DNA from: Vitrella brassicaformis CCMP3155
Lineage: Eukaryota > Protista > Chromerida
NCBI GenBank assembly: GCA_001179505.1
Contig: CDMY01000823.1
Location: 1 to 17,533 of the forward strand
Reading direction: 5' to 3'
Length of the DNA: 17,533 nucleotides
This document shows, piece by piece, positions 1 through 9,788 of the stretch (position 1 is its first letter; every line of letters begins with the position of its first letter). The notes below the pieces were generated by a model. The model worked only from the letters and a program-made list of their open reading frames with translations. It was not told where the DNA came from and did not search any database. Position numbers and translations under genes: made by a program.

Positions 1-35
1 TTGTTGGTGTTCGAGCCTCCGATCATGTACGTCTG

Positions 36-1291
36 ATGGCGAAGATCCTTTCACCCAGCAGGTCACTGACGGCCAGCCTTGTTCAGACTCCCCGAGTTGA
101 AGGTATCGACATGAAGAAGGCGTCACTCATTCATTCTTCGTGACGATACGGTTCAGACTTCTTTGACGGTGTGTGTATTCCGACAGATCCGGCCGCCGAC
201 GGCCGGATGGAGTGGAAGTCCTACACGACATCGCCTCGACTGCGAAAGGGCAGATTTGGTGGACTCTTTGGCGCTGCCTTGTCGATGAGGATCTACTACC
301 CCAAGGCCAAGACGACCAAGTGGCCTCTCGTCGTCGTCGCTCACGGCTTCGCATCGTCATCAAAGCAGCACAGAACGCAGGCTAGATATCTGGCGTCCCG
401 CGGCTATGTGGCCATTGCACCAGACTTCGCCAATGGTATCTTGGGCCTCAACCCAAACCACTGGCGAAATGCAGATGACATCAACACTGTCGTCGAGTGG
501 GCATTGAACGAGACGAAAGGTGAAGGAGCCAAAGGAGAGGGATCACAGCTATTCGGTATCATCGATCATGTCAAGCCCATGGTGGGAGCGATAGGGCACT
601 CTGCTGGCGGGTTTGCGGTCCTTCTGGCGGCTGCAAAAAAGGATACCCGCATCAAAGCCGTAGCGCTGATGGATCCTGTGGGTGATAAGGCTGGGAGAGG
701 ACTGAAGGATCTGAGAAAGATCAGGTGTGCGTCAGCGGTGACATATTCGCCTGCATCGCCGTGCAACGACCCAAAGCGAGACGACATCGATGAAGCCTCA
801 GCGGTCGAGCTGTATGATAATTTGAGAGCAAAACCTAGGCGGAAGATCCTCATCCTGAATTCGTACCATCTCGACGGACAGGTGAGCTGGAAACTAGCTC
901 GTGGGATCAAGAGTGAAGATCCGTCGTGTATACAGCTGTGGCAACTGCGTTTCATCTCTCTCCTTCCTCTGTTCCAGGATCCTCCACTGGGCAAGACATC
1001 TCCCTGGCTGAGACCTTTCGTTCGCCGAGCTTGTGAAGGCATCTCGAGCGAGTTCTGCCGAAAGCTCTATCGCCGCTACACTTTCGGTACAATGCTGTCC
1101 ACATCTTGGTGAGAAAGGGATTGTTTGTCTTTTTCTCTTTCGTGGCTTCAGGTTGGCTTGACTATTACCTGAAGGACAAAGAGACTCAGCTAAGAGTGAA
1201 ACCATATGTCTTCAGAACAAGGAATCGTGATGAAGGCCTCGCTCACGACCTTGACAGCGGTCTTCTCGGTGACTACATTCAAAGCGGATGA
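36..1291 (+). CDS. Chlorophyllase-like alpha/beta-hydrolase. Four exons: 36-102, 187-881, 978-1086, 1152-1291. The frame is open upstream of ATG36, so the N-terminus may extend beyond the window.
   Basis: GT-AG introns 103-186, 882-977 and 1087-1151 join in frame. Motifs: oxyanion VVAHGF, nucleophile GHSAGG (Ser 600-602), LMDPV (Asp 672-674) and YHLDGQD (His 867-869), paralleling the GHSRGG / DPV / GHxDMLDD motifs of the chlorophyllase family. The C-terminus reads YRRYTFGWLDYYLK...IQSG, TGA at 1289-1291. Confidence 0.8.
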
Positions 1292-1424
1292 ATGAGGAGA
1301 GGATGATGCAACAATCTTTCTGGTGTGCGTGTCACAAAAGGCTTTCATACTAAAAGCGGATGAATGAGGAGAGGATGATGCAACAATCTTTCTGGTGTGC
1401 GTGTCACAAAAGGCTTTCATACTA
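1281..1424. repeat. Perfect 72-bp tandem duplication (2 copies) overlapping the hydrolase stop codon
   Basis: 1281-1352 (aaagcggatgaatgaggagagg...gctttcatacta) is repeated exactly at 1353-1424. Confidence 0.95.
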
Positions 1425-1669
1425 AGGGCGGGCGGGAGGGTGATTGTGCGCAGGAGCAGGTCGAGTCGGTACACGTGCATAAAGACATGATAGTGGGGCG
1501 GAAAGAGCAGTTTGTGTGACATCAAGTCCTATGCACGGCAGTATTGGTAGTTCCCTGCCATGTTCAAGGGACAGAGGGAGGGGTGTGATGGTAAGTTGGT
1601 GAGATAGCAGCAGCGGTATCAAGGAGCACCCTAGGCGGCCTGACGGCCAAGTCCCCTGTCGGTCTTTCA

Positions 1670-2207
1670 CATGAAAACACGCACCCTAACATGCAACCCG
1701 GACACGCAACACGCACAGAGCAGATGCAGCAAACAGGTGGATATGCAATGCGCTGCGAACGACGGCAACATACGAGCAGACACACAACGTCGCACACACG
1801 CCACCCCAGCAACCTGAAGGCGGCGTGTGTGCGTGCGTTGTGCACCATGACTCCATACGTACATACCGCCCATCCCCAGGTGGCCCGCCAGTGCAGATCG
1901 CCCAGTCACACACAGACACGCCCTTATAACAACCACGCACGGGGTGCTGGGAGTGTATGAGAGCGCACCGCCGCCCCAGTCTCCACGGCGGAGAGGGGCA
2001 GCAGGCGGCTGACCCGTAGACACCCTCAGGGCACACCCATACACACATCACCGCTGGGAAAGGCAGAAGGGCGGCAAGACACACACACAGACCACGCCCA
2101 TACCCATGCTCACACCCCTACAGACACACACCCCCGCAGGCACATGCACACCCACACGCAGGAATACCAATACCTCACGCATACCCACGCCCAGACCCAC
2201 TCACACG

Positions 2208-2241
<34 letters not shown>
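1670..2241. repeat. CA-rich low-complexity tract ending in a perfect (CA)16 at 2210-2241
   Basis: Dense degenerate acac/cacac runs, then a perfect dinucleotide run. ORFs here are compositional (C/V or H/T rich). Confidence 0.8.
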
Positions 2242-2242
<1 letters not shown>

Positions 2243-3065
2243 GTACAGGGAAGGCACAGTGTGGCGAGGAAAAGACCTAGTGGGGTGAATAGGGGCCCCT
2301 CCACCAGACCTCGTCTCTGGGGAAGGGGCGGATGAATGGTGTGGCGGCCTCACTCTTGCCGCACTCCGTAAGAGCACACTCACGCCTGACTGCACACGAC
2401 AAGAGGACCCACCATCGGGCCACGACACGGCCCGTCGAGAAATCCCTGTCATCCCTGTAGTGAGCTTCCTTCACTGCCTTGCCTAGCTTGTGCAAAAAGG
2501 TCTCCATGGTCGGAGACCAGCGTCCGTACGACTCGAAGGCCAAAGGCAAAAACGTGTACCCTCCCCGCGCACAGGCGACCGCATACACGTCCCTCTTGCG
2601 CTTCTCGGCCACGCGAAGGGCCGAGCCAGGCCGCTGGTTGGTGAGATTCCTGGGCTCGCCTGGGCGGTCGGCGTGGGTGGGGTGAGTGCCGGTGACGTCA
2701 GCCATGATCTTGGAGCCGTCATGCTGAGTGATCACCAGGTCCATCCGCTGTTTGTCGGTCGTTTGCGGGAGTGGGCACTGGTGGTCACGCAGCAGCTGCT
2801 CGGTCTTCACGCTAGGGCATCGGGCCTCCTTGCAGATGCGATAAACGGTCGCTTGGACGGTGTTGTGTCGGTTGGTGAGGTAGCCACGATTGGGGCACTT
2901 GAGCATGTGGTCGCCAAGGGGGTCGCAGGGCTTCGTGCACGCCCCACACGTCGCCGGCCCCTTCGCCAGGCCGAGCTGGAACTGCACGTTCCACACGAAG
3001 GCGTCTTCTCCTTTGCGCTGTGCGAGCTCTAGATTCTCCGCTTTAGGGTGCATCAGTTTATGCAT
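2242..3065 (-). mobile_element. 5'-truncated RLE-type non-LTR retrotransposon (CRE-like); only the C-terminal zinc knuckle and endonuclease remain
   Basis: ORF 3065-2277 contains C-x2-C...H-x3-C...RHN (CGAC..GDHMLKC..RHN), RMDLVI..MADVTGTHP (PD-D motif), AEKRKRDVY and FLPLAFESYGRW. There is no RT domain upstream. A 35-nt 3' region is followed by (TG)16. Confidence 0.88.
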
Positions 3066-3392
3066 GTTGATAGGGTCATCAGTTTAACGCACGTCGGGTA
3101 CAAACAAACGTGAAGCACGAAGCTTCTTGACGCATTGGCGTGTCTGTAGTAGTACAAGCAACACGACCGGGGCCACTCATCTTCTTTTCCTGCTGTACGA
3201 TCGTGATCGAACGTTTTGTCAGCCGCACGTGTTGTTTCGAAAGACGCATTGATACACGCCCAATTTGCGGAGGATTCACGCAGCCCTACACTGTAGGGTC
3301 GGTCGCGGCGGAGGCGTTTCTCTTCCTTCGACAAGTCGAGGGCCAGCTTGTCAGCTTCCTTGACGCTTTCGTTGCGCTCAACATCTGGGGAC

Positions 3393-4013
3393 ATGAGCTT
3401 CGAACATCACGATCGTGCGTTTCAAGACGTCCATGGGTACAGGCCACACGCCGAGATCTTGATCCAGCGGCGTGCAGACGGGCAACTTCTCTATTGTCTG
3501 GCCACCGACTACGATACTATTGTCACGCGAGAGTCGGTGGCCATCTTGAGGGAGCGCGGGGGAGGCCCTGTGGATGGCGCACATATGGGCCTCGCTCTGA
3601 GAAGCCGTGTGTCGTTCGCAATGCAGTCGAAGAAGCAGTCGTTGGTGGAAATACTCTCCAAGGCCTCTGAAATCGTGGTGACGAGGCGGGAAGATAAGCA
3701 GCCGGCCTATCGGTTGCGGGAGCTGCCAGTCAGCTTGTCAGCGAGCAGCGGCGAGGCTCATGAAATGCCTGCCTATACACGACTACTATCCTTCAGCCTG
3801 TCATCCATCAGCATCAGCATCAGATCCATCCGTCTATCCGTTCATCCCGGGCTGCATCCTCTCCATCAGCACACGGTCTACGGCATCCAATCCATCCGTC
3901 CGTCACATCCAGACACATACGTCCACACTTCCAGCTATCTGAGCCAAGCGCCTTCATCAGGGTCACAGACAGGGGCGAAGGGCATCGTGAGCATTTCGCA
4001 ACATGTCCATTAG
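3393..4013 (+). CDS. Hypothetical protein or exon fragment; the coding-like part is about 3393-3790
   Basis: GC3-rich codons and a globular-looking segment (YCLATDYDTIVTRESVAILRERGGGPVDGAHMGLALRSRVSFAM...). The last third runs through a low-complexity CATC-rich tract. No family recognised. Confidence 0.3.
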   Translation: MSFEHHDRAFQDVHGYRPHAEILIQRRADGQLLYCLATDYDTIVTRESVAILRERGGGPVDGAHMGLALRSRVSFAMQSKKQSLVEILSKASEIVVTRREDKQPAYRLRELPVSLSASSGEAHEMPAYTRLLSFSLSSISISIRSIRLSVHPGLHPLHQHTVYGIQSIRPSHPDTYVHTSSYLSQAPSSGSQTGAKGIVSISQHVH

Positions 4014-4352
4014 GTCCGTAACGGTCAAGAGAGAGTGCGAACTACGCCAACGGAGGGAAAAATAGGAAGTCAAGGACGAGAGATTGGTCGAAAAACACTC
4101 AAGACGCCTACTATTGTACGCACGAGATGTAGAACGCACAGCCACCACAGTCACGGCAATTGACGATCACATTTACAGGCAAAAAGTAGACTATGAGAAA
4201 GCATGAAAGCACACCGCAGACCAGGGAGCTCTTCACATGACCTCTTCGGAGACCATCTCCTTCCTCCGATGCAATGTAGACATAGGCGAGAAAGGCCAGG
4301 CCAGCATTGCACTATCAACCGATGCAATCGACCCACCAGCGCAGAATGCGGT

Positions 4353-7300
4353 TCAGTCGAAGGGGTATACTCTCATTTTGCACTCGTATGGCTCTCGGCA
4401 AATTATGCACTCTCGTCCATGGAAGTCATTCACAAAACACTCTACCACATACACAGACACAACCATCGTGTGACATACGTTAACTCATAGCGCAACAGCA
4501 GGCAGAGTCTGTCGGTCTCTGATGAAATGAACTGCGTCAACATCGACCAACCCTCAATCATGCGACAAACATGTCAGCACCATCCTCAGCGCCCGCCTGG
4601 CGTATCTTCTACCGGCGCCGCCCACCACGCACACACATACTCGCACTACGCGCCAACGCAACAGACAGCCGAGCACGAACCCACCCCATCACCTGGCCAT
4701 ACGACTTTTCTGCCCACGCAGCCTTGGTGCGCAGCTTCTCAACTAGGCGGCTGAAAAAACCATTGGCCTCTCTGCCCCACACACCATGCACGGTGACGCA
4801 CAAGGGGGTGAAGTGAATGAACTTGTCCTCGCACATACGCCTGTGGTGGGCCTTCTTGGCTTTGGCCTTGTTCTTGAGGATGGAGGCGGTGGATTGCTTG
4901 CGGTAGGACGGTGCGTCAGCGTTTGTCACGCATAAGTCGAACGACACGTCCTTCTGCCTCTCCCACACCCCTCTCACCACCATGTCCGTCCGCACCCCCT
5001 TCTCCCCCTCCTCGGGCTCCACAATCACCACCTCCTTCCTGACCGCCGACTCGCCCCAAGCCTTGGCAAAAAGGTCGCACAGCACGTCCACCACCTCGTT
5101 GTGCCACCGAATCACCAACCCACCCACCCCACAGTTGAGGGCGTGGTCGAGCGAATATACAGCCCCGCAGCCGTCACAGTGGGTGGGCATTTTGGGAGGT
5201 TCATAGGCGTACCGGATGGCCATGTTGTCGCGGAACTCGTCAAGCGTCAGGTCGGTGTGGTCCTCTGCGTTAGGCCGGCAAGTCACCCACCCGGCCGTCT
5301 TGGCGTCGATCGCCCGGTGGACCGCCCGTCGTCTCTCTGCGGGCAGCTGCTGATGGCCGTCCTCGAAGCGCTCCCTGGCTGCCTCATCGGTCGCCAGCCG
5401 CCCCTCCTTGACCGCTTGCTGCATCTCGGCGCGGTGCTTGAAGGGGTTGAATGGAGGGCCGTCGGGTGGGTCGCCGTTCTAAATGATGGACACCAGCAGG
5501 GAGGTGCCTTTGGTGGACGTCTCATATGCCGCCGCTACTCGCTCCGTCGGGTCCCTCACCCCCATCCCCCCATGACGCGCAGGCAGCATCATCAGCTGGA
5601 CCTCAGTGGCGGTCACCACATGGCTGGAGAGCTGGGTGAGGTAGTGGGTGAGAGCATCTCGCAGCGGCTCGAATGTCGCCCGCTCCTCAGGCATCACCCG
5701 CATGAAGAAATCCCACTCGGCCTGCAGAGAGGTTGTGAGTGCTGTGTGGGCTGCCTGCGGGTACTTGGCCGCTGCGTCCGCCATCCGGTTGACACACCGC
5801 TGCCACTCCTGCACCCTCTCGGTGGCGTAGGCCCGCTTGCCCTCCGCGGTCCCCACAAAGCCCTCCATATATCGAGCACCACTCACAATCTCCACGTCGG
5901 TATCGCCAAACACCTCCCGCGCCCGCTCCTTGCAACCCGCCCGCACCACCAGCTTGCTCTTCTTGCCGTTGGGGTGATAGCCCCTCAGTGGCCCTCTCCG
6001 CTACAGCTCATCCCACCAGTCGCGCACCGGCTGAAGGCCTCCCACCTTGGCGGAGTCGTCGGCAAACCACGCCTGAGGGCCCTCCTCTGCTGGCCGCTTC
6101 ATCTCCTACACGAGCGGAAGGGTGGCCACAGAGTAGAAGAGGGAGGCCAAGGGGTCGCCTTGTGTGGTCCCTTCTCGACTCCACAGCGGTGCGGGTTGGT
6201 CGCGCATGTAGAGGGCCGTATGGCCGCAATAGGTGTTGAACAGGAAGCGTGAGCATCGCGGCCACAAAATGCGGACGTTCCATAGGGCGGCAGGCGATTC
6301 ATCGTGTTGTTGGCGTTCGTCGCATCCACCAGGATCGCGCACTCCACGCCACCCGAGTCGAACTCGCCGGATACCGCATGAATGGCACCCTCCACGCCCC
6401 CCTTGAGCCCGGTGCATAGCTGGTCCGCACCGCACACAATCTCCGCATCCACCCCGACCGCCTTGGCCATCGCCTTGCCCATGATGCGCATCAGGACCTC
6501 CCCGGTTTTGATGGGCCGCACACCCGGTTGCTTGTCCAGACCGATAAGCCGACATGCACGCAGGGCCTGCAGCCGCTCTCAAGGCACGTCCTCGTTGGCG
6601 ATGTGTGAGGCCATGGCCGCTAACTCACTGCGCAGCTCCGCACTTGCCGCGCCGCCCTTGAGAAGGAGAGTCTTGCACATAGATGACTCACCACCAACAG
6701 GGCCGGCACCTCCCCTCGTTGCCCGTGCCGCCCGCTCGATGTGGTTGGCGGTGATCTCGACCTGGGTGAGGGGAGGGAGGGGCCGGTTGAGGAAGCAGGA
6801 CGAGTCAGGGTCACTTTGGGCGGGGTGCTTCGACTCGAGGACCTCTCGAACGGTGCGGCCCGCAGGGTCGGCCTCAGTCAGGTCGTTGGGTCTAGCGCGC
6901 CTCCCCCTCCCCGCTCGGTCAGGAACCGAACGGCCTGTTTGACCTTGCCCTTGTCGACCAGGCGACGGAATTGGCGCAGCGTGGCCTCGTTGGCGTCGTC
7001 CTTGCCGACAGGTCTGGTGGCCAGGAGGGCGTTGTTCCGCTCAGCCTCCTGCACGAGCTGCTCGAAGTCGCCCTTCTCCCATTGGTCCATCCGCCGCTCC
7101 ACCGTCTTGGCGATGTCCTTGCTGCCAGTGACATCTGGCGCCCGATAGAGAATCGTGCACGCGCAGATGAGGATGCGCTCACTCGCCAGCTGCTCCTCAC
7201 GCCACCGACGAACCTCGGTGGCGAGCAGTCGGACCAGCCGCTTCGTCGAAGCACCCGGTGGATCCCAAAGGCACCCTCGCAACGGGCCGAGGCGGGCGTG

Positions 7301-8453
7301 CCAGCGCTGCCAGTCGGTGTCCATGAGGCCGCTCTGCTGATTGAAGTCGGTGGCTCCGAAGGCCTCATGCATCTTCTCCTGGACGAATGAAGACGTCGGA
7401 GGGCCAGCAGGGGGAGCAAGGGGTATGCCGGGAGGCGGGCGGTGGGGAGGCTCGACCCCATTGCAGAGGCAAGCGTAGCAGATGCCCTTACTCGAGGACG
7501 CCGGGCGGATGTGGCAGCTGGCACACTGGGGAGGGACATACGACGCGGATCCGCCTCGTAGCGAAGACTCATCCGAGTGGAAGCAACGAGGATGAATAGA
7601 GGGGAAGTTCGAATTCTCGGCGGTGCAGTTATTGTCCTCGGGCTCTCGATTCTCGCATATGCCTAGGTCACAGGAATGGCAGTTGGTGCACTTCTTGCCC
7701 TTCTCCAAGCAGGGGCAGCCCCGCTCTTTCCCCTTCCTCTTGCATCTCGATCCAGTGGTCTTGTTCCGGTTCTTGTTGCATGGGCAACACCGCACAGGAC
7801 CAGCGGCTGGCTGCAAGGGCGAGGCATCGTCTTCCGGCACTGCAGAGACGCCCTCCTGAGACGGTGGGGGCGGATGGGCTGAGTCTGTTGAGACTGGGGT
7901 CGATTCTGCACTCATTCTGCAGAGCTGCTCGAGTTGGATATGATGCTGGCAGGTGTGGCCCGAGCAGCCGTCATAGTGAGGAGAAAAAGGGCCTGAGGCC
8001 CTGCGAGCTTAGACGATGCCTAAATGCAACCATCCCTCTGAAGGAAGAAAACAGAGACTTCTGGAGTTACTTACCGGCGCACATACACAGATGCTTGGAG
8101 GGCAGAGAGAGAATCTCGACTTGACGACCGTGACAAATCTTGCACATGCTGTGTAGCGCAGAAACAGCGTCAGCTTGTGATTTCCTTTCCCACATTCCTG
8201 TCCCAACAGCCTACCGCTTGTTTTTTTCTTCCTCCTTCAATAGCCGTTCAGCTTGCTTCACCTGCCGCTCAACCTCAATCGCTTCCTTCAGCTCTTCCAC
8301 TTGGCGCTCCAGCTCATGCACACGAGCACTCAGGTGGTCACACCTGAAATAACAAGGAAAGAGGAGGACAATACAGCTGCACTGATAGCCCGCTTCCCCT
8401 CGTGGCCGCGCTAACCTCTGTGGGTGATAAGAAGAGGAACTAGGTCTTCTCGC
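4353..8453 (-). CDS. Coiled-coil plus C-terminal C3HC4 (IAP/BOI-type) RING protein, putative E3 ligase. Exons 8453-8416 (tentative), 8343-8215, 8148-8075, 4441-4353; 5' end unresolved.
   Basis: Splicing across 8214-8149 and 8074-4442 (both GT-AG, phases match) gives ...VHELERQVEELKEAIEVERQVKQAERLLKEEEKNKR-MCKICHGRQVEILSLPSKHLCMCA-ECFVNDFHGRECIICREPYECKMRVYPFD*, a complete RING pattern. Confidence 0.8.
4468..8026 (-). mobile_element. Near full-length, decayed single-ORF RLE non-LTR retrotransposon (CRE/HERO-like), inserted in sense within the last RING-gene intron
   Basis: Order of domains: N-terminal Cys clusters; RT (LDKQPGVRPI, DATNANNTMNR, EGTTQGDPLA, WFADD at 6055-6069); zinc knuckle CDGCG..HALNC..HNE; RLE (RTDMVVRG..FDL..SY..KAKK..FTPL). 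Boundaries are taken from a candidate 8-bp TSD (caaccatc at 4460-4467 and 8027-8034) and are tentative. Confidence 0.92.
4558..7915 (-). pseudogene. Disrupted RT-endonuclease ORF of the intronic retrotransposon
   Basis: ATG at 7915. Frameshifts near 6885 and near 6294. In-frame stops: TGA 6579-6581, TAG 6106-6108, TAG 6001-6003, TAG 5479-5481, and probably TAG 4609-4611, since the frame continues KIRQAGAEDGADMFVA to TGA 4558-4560. Confidence 0.85.
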
Positions 8454-9364
8454 CTGCCACACGACAAGCCGTAGACAGGCCGTGTGCATGCCTTGCATGT
8501 ACATGCTGCTAGTTTAGTGCGTGAGACAACAAGATCCCTCCGGGGTTACAGACACGAGTCTCGTTAAACACACTACCCAACCCCAAGCCGTAGATGGGCA
8601 CAGGGGAGGCAGCCGGGGAAGATAGAGGGCTGCTGATGAATAAGAGCGCTAGATAAGCCTGCAGTGCATGCATGCGTGGGCTTGGGGGCGTAAGACGGGA
8701 GAAGTTGGCCGAGCGAGTTAGTGCCCGTTGCGTTTCATGATTCATTATTGTTCGCTTCCGATATGACTTGAGTCATTCTCTTGAGATCTGTTGCTTCGGC
8801 ACGGTCTTCGGTCGTTCCGACCGCTTCCCTTCGGCAGGGCGTCTTCCCAAGCCGCCTTTGGAGCCGCAGAGTGATGGTGGAGTGCGCATGTGAGTGATGG
8901 TGGATAACGAGTACGTCGCCCAGCTGGTCACCCTCCCGGTGAGTCCGCAGCGGGGCGACGCGAGTATTCGTACGACAGCTAGCTGCCCTTCTGGCATTCT
9001 CTTCCCTCAGCCAGATCTTGCTCTCTCCCTGAGTCCATGTGCCTCCTCGTCCTTCCAGGACTCATCCCTGTGCTGACCTACTCCTCTCCTCTCTTCCCGA
9101 CTGGCCGGATGCATGTCTTGGGATGCTTTTGGGGTCATGTCTCACTGGGATTACATACACGCATATCTGCTTGAGATCTACCTGTCTGTCCGTCTGTGTT
9201 GTCTCTCTAGCCTCCCAGTGTGTGCCTACGTATCCACCGCAAGGTCCGTCCCCTCGCCGATCACACACTAAGGCAGACAACACATGCACACCCGCACATC
9301 AGTCAGGAGAACACGGGACACTCACTTAGAGCGGACGGCACGAAAGCATATGTGTGGCTGGCTA

Positions 9365-9386
9365 TCTCTCTCTCTCTCTCTCTCTC
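9365..9386. repeat. (TC)11 microsatellite
   Basis: Directly visible. Confidence 0.9.
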
Positions 9387-9761
9387 GGTTGGCTGAGATC
9401 AGTTGGTTGTCTGGTGTGTTTGGCTGTGCGTATAAATGGCTGGTATGCTTCGCATGTGGGTTTGATTGTTGCCAGAGAGAGGACATCCGCACCAGGACAC
9501 TTTCGTAACACTGGTGCATCTACCGTTCTTCTTTTTCCATTTGCGGGTCTGTCGTTTGGCTGCGGGGAGGGTGGTCTGCGCATGGGCGCTGTCGTCATTG
9601 TGTTTGGTGTTGGTTTGGATGGATGTGTATCGGTCTGGATGAGAGCGTGATGGTGCCCGTGTGGCTGTTGGGAGGATCAGATTAGCCGCACATGACGAGC
9701 CAGCTTCAGCCAGATCTGCCACGAGATCACCGGCACTTAACAGCGCGTCATCTCTCTTGTC

Positions 9762-9788
9762 CTTTGCTGTCTTTGCTGTCTTTGCTGT
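9762..9788. repeat. (CTTTGCTGT)x3 minisatellite
   Basis: Directly visible. Confidence 0.85.

Noticed and set aside
1281-1424. CRISPR-like array (also considered for the 18-bp and 36-bp repeats)
   Set aside because: The units are contiguous without unique spacers, the context is eukaryotic, and there are no cas genes.
3042-3048. TTTAGGG telomeric unit at the element junction (telomere targeting)
   Set aside because: It is a single unit, expected by chance.
3284-3298. Perfect inverted repeat CCCTACA-C-TGTAGGG
   Set aside because: Short and isolated, with no associated feature.
4558-6581. Stop-codon reassignment (TAG=Gln, TGA=Trp) making the element ORF readable
   Set aside because: Three host genes end in TGA, the other elements end in TAG or TAA, and two frameshifts remain. 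Ordinary transitions explain the stops.
5101-6942. Plus-strand ORFs 5101-6252 and 6382-6942 (also minus ORF 10096-10977)
   Set aside because: These are antisense shadows of GC-rich coding sequence on the opposite strand.
7913-8075. Spliced fusion of the RING N-half to the retrotransposon ORF via the acceptor ctctgcag at 7917
   Set aside because: The junction reads G|AA TGA, an immediate stop, and is out of frame with ATG 7915.
9431-9436. TATAAA as the promoter of the two-ORF module
   Set aside because: It lies 640 bp upstream of the ATG and has no supporting evidence; a hexamer match is insufficient.
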